A stretch of DNA of 51,698 bases, from assembly GCA_964587515.1 (NCBI GenBank), contig CAZPMO010000003.1, forward strand, positions 13,002 through 64,699, given 5' to 3'. The notes beneath the pieces are model-generated. The model ran no database searches and was not told the DNA's origin. It was given only the letters and a program-made list of their open reading frames with translations. This DNA is from an uncultured Rhodospirillaceae bacterium. GTDB taxonomy: Bacteria > Pseudomonadota > Alphaproteobacteria > MPNO01. The position numbers were made by a program, and so were the translations under genes. This document shows, piece by piece, positions 26,708-32,999 of this stretch. Each line of letters begins with the position of its first letter. Position 1 is the first letter of the stretch.

Positions 26708-26758
26708 CCCTGGTCCCGTCGCGGACCACATGATATTGAGCAGGCGCAGGTCGGGAGC

Positions 26759-27415
26759 GTGAAGACCGTGCATCGAACGAGCATCAGACTAGGAGTGGGA
26801 CCGCTCGCGGGGCTGGCGTTGCTGCTCCTGTCCTCCTGCTCGCCGACCGTGCCGGAAAAAAAGACCTATACACCCGCCGCAGCAAGCGAGAGACTTACGG
26901 GCTGGCTGCTGGTGGCGAGCCCGACCATGCCCGATCCGCGTTTCGCCAAGACGGTTATTTTCGTGGTCCGCCACAACGGAAACGGCGCCATGGGGCTGGT
27001 GGTAAACCGGCCCATCGCCATGAGCCCGCCGGCCAAGTTGCGCAAGCGCGCGGTACCGGGCGTAGCGGGCCCGGTAATCGGCCGTCAAATCCGCGTTCAC
27101 TATGGCGGCCCGGTGCAGCCGACAAGAGGGTTCGTGCTGCACTCCAGCGATTACGCCCAGGACGGCACGGTGCCGATCACCAAGACGGTATCAATGACGG
27201 CAAACCGCGAAATCCTGAAAGCGATCACGACCGGGGACGGGCCGAGGCGCGGCTTCATTGCGATGGGCTACGCCGGCTGGTCCGCGGGCCAGTTGGAGAG
27301 CGAAATCCGCCGCCGCGACTGGGTGGTCGTAAGTTCGGACGCCGGGCTGGTCTTCGACCGGGACGCGCGATCGAAATGGCGGCGCGCCATGGATCGGCGC
27401 GGCGTCGATCTGTAG
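26759..27415 (+). CDS. YqgE/AlgH family protein with lipoprotein-like N-terminal extension
   Basis: Core LTGWLLVASPTMPDPRFAKTVIFVVRHNGNGAMGLVVNRP...HYGGPVQPTRGFVLHS is YqgE/AlgH-like. It is preceded by LALLLLSSCSP (lipobox-like). GTG start at 26759 or 26768. Confidence 0.8.
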   Translation: MKTVHRTSIRLGVGPLAGLALLLLSSCSPTVPEKKTYTPAAASERLTGWLLVASPTMPDPRFAKTVIFVVRHNGNGAMGLVVNRPIAMSPPAKLRKRAVPGVAGPVIGRQIRVHYGGPVQPTRGFVLHSSDYAQDGTVPITKTVSMTANREILKAITTGDGPRRGFIAMGYAGWSAGQLESEIRRRDWVVVSSDAGLVFDRDARSKWRRAMDRRGVDL

Positions 27416-27528
27416 TCCCGCCGGGACGCAAAAAACCAAACTCTGAACGACAACTCGCTTGACCCAGGTTAAGGGTCACGGCGCGGCGACACACGATACT
27501 ATCCCCTCATCGAATGGGAGGGGTTCGC

Positions 27529-28029
27529 ATGCCGGAGAATACCAGATCGACAGCCGCGCGCCGGGGTGACCGGCTGCTGCGCGAACATGTTCACGATCCC
27601 TATAAGACCCGCCTCAAGCTCACCGAACCGACCACGTGCCCGGATTGCGGCGCCGTCTATCGCAAGGGCAGATGGTGCTGGGAAGAGGCCCCGCCGGACG
27701 CCGATGCGGTGCGCTGCCAGGCCTGCCACCGCATCCATGACCGTTACCCCGCGGGCGAGGTGACGCTCGGCGGCGCTTTCCTCGCCGGCCACGCCACGGA
27801 AATCATGGCCATCATCCGCAAACAGGATGCGCTGGAAAAGGCCGAGCATCCGTTGCATAGGGTCATGGACATCGAGGAGGCCGACGGCGCCATCCGGGTG
27901 ACCACCACCGACATCCATACGCCACGCCGCATTGGCGAGGCGGTCGCGGGCGCCTTCGACGGCAATCTCGAATTCCACTATGACGAGGAAAGCTATTTCA
28001 TCCGCGTCCGCTGGACCCGCGACGACTGA
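27529..28029 (+). CDS. Conserved Zn-ribbon protein (possibly BCAM0308-like family)
   Basis: 166-aa ORF with CPDC...CQAC and ...TTDIHTPRRIGEAV...YFIRVRW. GGGAGGGG SD lies 5 nt before the ATG at 27529. The family name is from memory only. Confidence 0.55.
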   Translation: MPENTRSTAARRGDRLLREHVHDPYKTRLKLTEPTTCPDCGAVYRKGRWCWEEAPPDADAVRCQACHRIHDRYPAGEVTLGGAFLAGHATEIMAIIRKQDALEKAEHPLHRVMDIEEADGAIRVTTTDIHTPRRIGEAVAGAFDGNLEFHYDEESYFIRVRWTRDD

Positions 28030-28048
28030 CCGTCCCGCGCCGCGTGGC

Positions 28049-28077
28049 CTTGAAATGTTCGACCTTCGTTCCTATAT
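28049..28077 (+). promoter_or_regulatory. Sigma-32-type promoter candidate upstream of rpoH
   Basis: CTTGAAA (28049-28055), a 15-nt spacer, then CCTATAT (28071-28077). This resembles the heat-shock promoter consensus CTTGAAA-N13-17-CCCCATNT and lies about 110 nt upstream of the rpoH ATG. Confidence 0.4.
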
Positions 28078-28188
28078 CTGATGTGCGATAGAGGCGCCGA
28101 GGGCGCACAGCAAACCAATAAAAACAAGCGGGAGGGCGGCGTTCGCAAGCGCCCGTAAATCGCGTTGCCGCAACAGGAACGGTGTAGG

Positions 28189-29076
28189 ATGTTGAAAACT
28201 CAGAGTAATCCGGCTGGAAACGAGCTTTCACGCTATATGCGGGAGGCCCATGAATACCCGCTGCTCGACGCCGAGACGGAATGGCGCCTGGCGCGGCGTT
28301 GGCGCGACCACGGCGACCAGGCCGCCGCCGACCGATTGGCGCATGCCTATCTGCGCCTGGTGGTGAAAATCGCCCGGGGTTTCTCCGGCTATAATGCGCC
28401 GCTGGCGGATCTGATTTCGGAAGGCAATGTCGGGCTGATGCAGGCGATTCACCGTTTAGACCCGGATCAAGGCTTCCGGCTGTCGACCTATGCCCCGTGG
28501 TGGATCCGCGCCGCGATCCAGGATTACGTGCTGCGCTCGGCTTCGCTGGTGCGCATGGGCACCACGGCGGCCCAGAAGAAACTGTTTTTCAATCTCAGGC
28601 GCATGAAGGCGGCGCGCCGAGAGCTTTCCGACGGCGATTTGGCGCCGGAAACGATCACCGAGATCGCCGAGACGTTGAAGGTCCCCGAAAACGAGGTCAT
28701 TGAGATGAATCGGCGCCTCATCGGCGGCACCCATTCGCTGAATGCGCCGTCGAACGCGGAGTCCGAGAGCGAATTTCAGGACCTGCTGGTCGACGAAGCG
28801 GATGATCCGGAACAGCTGGTCGCCGAAGCAGAGGAGCGGACCGAGCGTCGCCGATTGATGAGCAAGGCGCTCGGCGTCCTCAACGACCGCGAGCGGCGAA
28901 TTCTCACCGAACGCCGGCTCAGCGACGATCCGCCGACGCTGGAAGCGTTGGGCGACCACTACGGCATATCGCGGGAACGCGTGCGGCAGATCGAGGTGCG
29001 GGCTTTCGAAAAGCTACAAAAGGCGGTATTGAGCGACGCTTGGCCCACGATCCCGGTGGTCGATCAGCCCCACTGA
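28189..29076 (+). CDS. rpoH: RNA polymerase sigma-32 (heat-shock sigma factor)
   Basis: Sigma-70 family regions 2-4 plus the RpoH box (AAQKKLFFNLRRMK). Confidence 0.9.
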   Translation: MLKTQSNPAGNELSRYMREAHEYPLLDAETEWRLARRWRDHGDQAAADRLAHAYLRLVVKIARGFSGYNAPLADLISEGNVGLMQAIHRLDPDQGFRLSTYAPWWIRAAIQDYVLRSASLVRMGTTAAQKKLFFNLRRMKAARRELSDGDLAPETITEIAETLKVPENEVIEMNRRLIGGTHSLNAPSNAESESEFQDLLVDEADDPEQLVAEAEERTERRRLMSKALGVLNDRERRILTERRLSDDPPTLEALGDHYGISRERVRQIEVRAFEKLQKAVLSDAWPTIPVVDQPH

Positions 29077-29088
29077 CCTAAACCGAAA

Positions 29089-29116
29089 GCGGCCCCCCGA
29101 AGGGCCGCTTTTTTTT
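29089..29116 (+). terminator. Rho-independent terminator after rpoH
   Basis: GCGGCCC (29089-29095), loop cccgaa, GGGCCGC (29102-29108), then T8 (29109-29116). It sits between convergent genes. Confidence 0.75.
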
Positions 29117-29161
29117 ATCTCAATTCCGGAATGAATCTTCTTGGCGGATCGCGCTGGGCAA

Positions 29162-29320
29162 TCAACCGCGGCGCCATGTCTCCGTCGATTTGCATTTGCG
29201 GCAAACACGTTCGCCGGCCCATTCGCTCTCGAACGGCTTGTGGCACATCAAGCAGGCCCGTGATTTGGGATCCGTTTTCACCGGCTCCTTGGTGATTTCC
29301 TTATATTGCGGTCGTTCCAT
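29162..29320 (-). CDS. Small Cys4 zinc-ribbon protein (52 aa)
   Basis: MERPQYKEITKEPVKTDPKSRACLMCHKPFESEWAGERVCRKCKSTETWRRG. AGGAGG SD lies 9 nt upstream of the ATG at 29320. Confidence 0.6.
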   Translation of the reverse strand: MERPQYKEITKEPVKTDPKSRACLMCHKPFESEWAGERVCRKCKSTETWRRG

Positions 29321-29760
29321 CCTTTGCGTCCTCCTCTTATCGAGCGTGGGCGCCGCGAGCCGGTTCCCAAATTTCAACGAACACACCATGGGCCCACCGA
29401 GGTAGCGCCGCGCGCTACCCGGTATTCCCCCAGAACGTTCCGTCCAAAAATAAAGTTGCGCCGATCCCTACCGTATCGCCAACATCGCCCGGTTTCCCGG
29501 CTTTTCGCGTGTCGCCACCGTTATCGAGCGCGGTTCCGTTTTCCGGCTCCCGCGCCACGCCCCCTATACGGTGGCAAGGATGGTTCCCTTTTTCGCCCGT
29601 TAGTGCATTGTTATTTAGATGAATTTTATACAATATTTCGATATCTAATTTCAAGCGCAATCGTACATACGTCCAGGCTCGCGAAATCCGCGCAGCACAT
29701 GGAATAATCGCCGATTTCAGGGGTTTTCCGCCCCGGTGACAGGACTAATCCGAAGCCGGA

Positions 29761-29802
29761 ACGGTCGTCGGGCGGATATCAACGGTCGTCGGGCGGATAT
29801 CA
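29761..29802. repeat. Perfect 2 x 21-bp tandem duplication at the 3' end of the ShlB-like gene
   Basis: acggtcgtcgggcggatatca occurs twice (29761-29781 and 29782-29802). The second copy contains the TGA stop (complement of 29800-29802). Confidence 0.9.
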
Positions 29803-31482
29803 AAAGACGGCGTTGAGCCGGAAAAAAAACCGCCCTGCATTATCGCCTTCCGATTCAACGGGTCTGGTTAGCGGAAACGCCCACTCGGCCGTCGCGGAAA
29901 CCCTGGCTGAGACATCGAGTGACAGCCCCAACCCGGTAGAGGCGACGGAGTCACGGTTCGAATTCTCGTCCCACACCGCACCCAGTTCATAAAACGAAAA
30001 TACGCGAAAGGTTTTGAATAACGGGTGGTCGGTCTCGCCGTTATACCTCAACTCGATCGCGCCGGCGGTGCCGTTATAGGACGAAATTTCAGACGGGCCA
30101 TAGGCCCGCCCATACAAACCGCCGCCGACCGAGAACTCTTCCGACGACAACAGAACATTGGGTGTAATCTGCCCGCTCGATGCGAGGTAGACGGACCAGT
30201 TCTCGATTATCGGTTGATCACGCCAGTAACCGGCGGTGAGTTTTATGTAATCACCACGCCCGCCATCATTGGAAAGATTGTCCGATCCGGGCGATTTGGC
30301 TTCCAGGAAATCGAATCCCTTGCTGACGCCTAAATTTGTGAAATTCCAGGCTTTCAAGCCGTCGAGAAATGAGTATTCGGTTTCAATTCTCAGGGAACGC
30401 ACGCGGTCGTTCGTTGCCGAGTCGGGCTCGGTGAGTTTCGAATTCAAATAGTCGAACCGGGCGGTGGCCGTCCATACGGATTCGCGCCCGAGGATAATCG
30501 GATGGCTAAGGCTCAAGGAAACATGAGTTCCCTTGCCCTCGAGTCTTGTAAGGTTGGATTCCGATACGGTGTCGATTTCGCTGCGCCATACGGACAAGCC
30601 CAAACGGGTGCCCTCGTCGCCGATCGGCTGATCGTGGAACAGCTCAGCAAAAATCAGCTCATCGGGATCGTCCGGAACGGAAAATGCCTTGAACCGGGTG
30701 TTTTCGAACATTCCCAATGAGGAATGAAGGCTCACGCCGGCATAACTCTGTAGCGGTCCGACGGCGCGCGAACCACGATTATCGAGCCCCATGAAACCCT
30801 CGGCCGGATCATAATCGAGTTTGACGATGAGTTCGAAGGCCCCGTCGGCACCCTTAATTTCACGGAGTTTGGGTTCAGCGGTGAATCCCGGGAGCTGGTT
30901 GAACAGCAGAACATAACGTTCGAGAGTGGAGAGGGTGAGCGGCCGCTCGGCGGATATATTCCTTCCGTATGCATTAAGAAGAGACCGCCGCTTGGGAACT
31001 TCGCCCGCCAGGGTCACTTTGTCGACAAAGCCTTCGATAATTTTGATCCGAAGAATGCCGAGATCCACAACCTGCTGCGGCGTAATGGCCCGGGAGAGCA
31101 TATATCCGTCTCGCCGGTATTTCTTGGTTATCGCGGCGAGGATTTTAGCGATATCCGAGGATTTGATTTCTACGCCCAGGTAATCCTCATAAAGCGGCGC
31201 CAGTTCTTCCAATTTATAGACGGTCGCCCCGGATAGAGAGACCCCCGTCAATGTGATGGCCTTTTCCGGCCTTTTCTCGGGTGCTCTTTCCGGCGCCGGA
31301 GGCGCGATGGGCTTCAGCGGAGTCGTGGGTTTGGCGGGAACCTGTAATCGTTTTTCCACCTGACCTGGTTCGGCGGAGCCGGCCGCGCCGTACGCCATTG
31401 AAGAATAAAGAATGTGGGACGTCGCCAGAAATATTAAGAGGGATCCCAATACCTGCCGACTGGAGAGAGTCGCCGAGGGCAT
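29800..31482 (-). CDS. ShlB/FhaC/HecB-family outer-membrane transporter (TpsB-like, POTRA + beta-barrel)
   Basis: POTRA-like region ITLTGVSLSGATVYKLEELAPLYEDYLG...GYMLSRAITPQQVVDLGILRIKIIEGFVDKVTL, the LDNRGSR block, and a C-terminal ...FFRLNAVF. The start at M46 (31482) gives a signal peptide. Alternatives are 31539 and 31617. Confidence 0.85.
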   Translation of the reverse strand: MPSATLSSRQVLGSLLIFLATSHILYSSMAYGAAGSAEPGQVEKRLQVPAKPTTPLKPIAPPAPERAPEKRPEKAITLTGVSLSGATVYKLEELAPLYEDYLGVEIKSSDIAKILAAITKKYRRDGYMLSRAITPQQVVDLGILRIKIIEGFVDKVTLAGEVPKRRSLLNAYGRNISAERPLTLSTLERYVLLFNQLPGFTAEPKLREIKGADGAFELIVKLDYDPAEGFMGLDNRGSRAVGPLQSYAGVSLHSSLGMFENTRFKAFSVPDDPDELIFAELFHDQPIGDEGTRLGLSVWRSEIDTVSESNLTRLEGKGTHVSLSLSHPIILGRESVWTATARFDYLNSKLTEPDSATNDRVRSLRIETEYSFLDGLKAWNFTNLGVSKGFDFLEAKSPGSDNLSNDGGRGDYIKLTAGYWRDQPIIENWSVYLASSGQITPNVLLSSEEFSVGGGLYGRAYGPSEISSYNGTAGAIELRYNGETDHPLFKTFRVFSFYELGAVWDENSNRDSVASTGLGLSLDVSARVSATAEWAFPLTRPVESEGDNAGRFFFRLNAVF

Positions 31483-31617
31483 GGAAAAACGCAAAGCCCG
31501 GCCGGCCGGTAAATCGACATTCACCCGTTCAACTGGCATAGCTAAATGCCCACGATTTATTGATCGTGAGTTTTTGATGGGCGAATTCCTTCCTAGAAGC
31601 CCAGTTTTGCAGTTCAA

Positions 31618-31853
31618 ATCAGATTTCGGCTTTGATTGATTAAGAATTCGTTAAACATGGTTTTATCAATAACCGCATTGATCAGATTGGATTTAAATAC
31701 AATTTTATTAAATCTAATTTCAAATTTAGATTAAGTTTATTAAGTATAATTAAAGCATTCGATTCATTAATAAAATAATAATTTTCTTATTCTAAAATAC
31801 CCGTCGAGTTAAGGGATATGTTCATCGCGTTTTAATGTCTCAAGGAGAGACAC
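31618..31853. promoter_or_regulatory. Extremely AT-rich divergent intergenic region
   Basis: My hand count gives 30 G+C in the 160 nt of 31641-31800 (about 19 %). It contains the inverted repeat AATCTAA-N8-TTAGATT (31711-31732). AAGGAGAG SD lies before the ATG at 31854. Confidence 0.5.
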
Positions 31854-32861
31854 ATGCTCATCGGTTTTAGCCAGACGATCGCCTCCATGCGAGTACCGTA
31901 TATGACAAGCCTCGGCCGAGCATCGGCCCATGCTTTGGCGCTCGCCGTCCTCACGATTCTTCTCAGCCATAATCCGGTGCTGGCCAATGGTGCGACCGGG
32001 TGGACGGTTTCACTTCTGTCCGGTCCGGTCGAGGCCAGACTAGGTAATTCCGCGTGGGTGCGGATTAAGGTAGGGGCTCAAATCCCACCTGGCAGCGTGG
32101 TGAGGACGCGTGGCAAGGGCCGTGTCACGCTGAAAAAAAGTGGCGATGTCGTGGCGGTTTCCCCCGGTAGCGAATTCAAGATTCCCGCCGGCGACGTGGG
32201 CGCCAAATCCAACGGGATCGTCCAAAAATTGGGCACTCTGCTTTTCAAGATCGTCACGAGGCCCGAAAAGCCCTTCAAGGTTGATACGCCGTATATGGCG
32301 GCCGTGATCAAAGGGACCACCTTTACGGTCTCGGTGGACAACCAGGGTACGGCGCTTCACGTAACAAAAGGCGCCGTCGAGGTCAAATCGGCCTTTACGG
32401 GCAAGACGGTTCTCGTCCGACCGGGACAGACCGCAACCGTTTCTCCGCGACCCGGCACGGACCTCAAGCTTCTCAACGGTCCTTCCGGTGGAGAGTCCAA
32501 CGGGGAACAGAAGTCCCAGGAAGGTCGCGACCGTTCGGGTAATTCGGTTGTCATCGACAAGCCATTGGGCGCCGGAAAACTTAATTTCGGCGCGCTCACG
32601 AAGGGGCTGGTGGGCCCGGATAACGCAAATAGCCGAGGTGGATTCGCAAAATCCGACGGCTCGGATCGCGGCATAGGCGGATCCGTACGCTCGGCCGTAA
32701 AGGGCGCCAAGGGCCGAGGCAACAACAAGGCCAAGACGGCAAAGAATAATGGCAGCAGCGGCGGCAGCAGTGGCGGCAGCAGCGGCGGCAGCAGTGGCGG
32801 CAGCAGCAGTGGCGGCAGCAGTGGCGGCAGCGGCGGCAGCAGCGGCGGCAAGAAAAAATAG
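31854..32861 (+). CDS. Secreted FecR-domain protein with Gly/Ser-rich C-terminal tail
   Basis: Signal peptide (ALALAVLTILLSHNPVLA/NG). FecR-like core (VRIKVGAQIPPGSVVRTRGKGRVTLKKSGDVVAVSPGSEFKI...VDTPYMAAVIKGTTFTVSV...HVTKGAVEV). Tail is NNGSSGGSSGGSSGGSSGGSSSGGSSGGSGGSSGGKKK. Confidence 0.8.
   Translation: MLIGFSQTIASMRVPYMTSLGRASAHALALAVLTILLSHNPVLANGATGWTVSLLSGPVEARLGNSAWVRIKVGAQIPPGSVVRTRGKGRVTLKKSGDVVAVSPGSEFKIPAGDVGAKSNGIVQKLGTLLFKIVTRPEKPFKVDTPYMAAVIKGTTFTVSVDNQGTALHVTKGAVEVKSAFTGKTVLVRPGQTATVSPRPGTDLKLLNGPSGGESNGEQKSQEGRDRSGNSVVIDKPLGAGKLNFGALTKGLVGPDNANSRGGFAKSDGSDRGIGGSVRSAVKGAKGRGNNKAKTAKNNGSSGGSSGGSSGGSSGGSSSGGSSGGSGGSSGGKKK
32751..32849 (+). repeat. GGC/AGC(AGT) trinucleotide-type low-complexity repeat encoding the Gly/Ser tail
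   Basis: ggcagcagcggc / ggcagcagtggc units reiterated about 8 times. Confidence 0.85.
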
Positions 32862-32999
32862 GGGTAATCGGTGGCGGCCTGGAATGGCCGCCGCCACCAC
32901 CCGACCACGCCACGACCGTCAACCAACGATTTCCAAGCGACTCGTAAAAATCGGAAAAATCGACCGACCCGGCCAAGCCCAAAGAAATGATATATTTCA

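Noticed and set aside
29306-29707. ORFs 29306..29707 (+, 133 aa) and 29415..29660 (-, 81 aa) in the gap between the small Zn-ribbon gene and the ShlB-like gene. The GGTAGCGC-cgc-GCGCTACC hairpin at 29401-29419 is also here.
   Set aside because: The ORFs have no SD, no motif, and Arg/Pro-rich or odd composition spanning an AT-rich patch. The hairpin has no U-tract and no obvious associated gene end, so it is left uninterpreted.
29945-29965. A tRNA T-arm-like string (cacGGTTCGAATtctcg), plus GGATTCAAATCC at about 44358.
   Set aside because: Both lie inside well-supported coding regions, and no acceptor or anticodon stem structure could be built around them. No tRNA is called.
29643-31723. The 12-mer ATCTAATTTCAA is present both downstream (29643-29654) and upstream (31712-31723) of the ShlB-like gene. 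This could be island-flanking repeats or shared operator sites.
   Set aside because: Both copies lie in AT-rich DNA, where a 12-nt match is not very improbable. My rough estimate of the chance expectation is of the order of 0.1-0.3 for these two tracts. The match does not extend beyond 12 nt.
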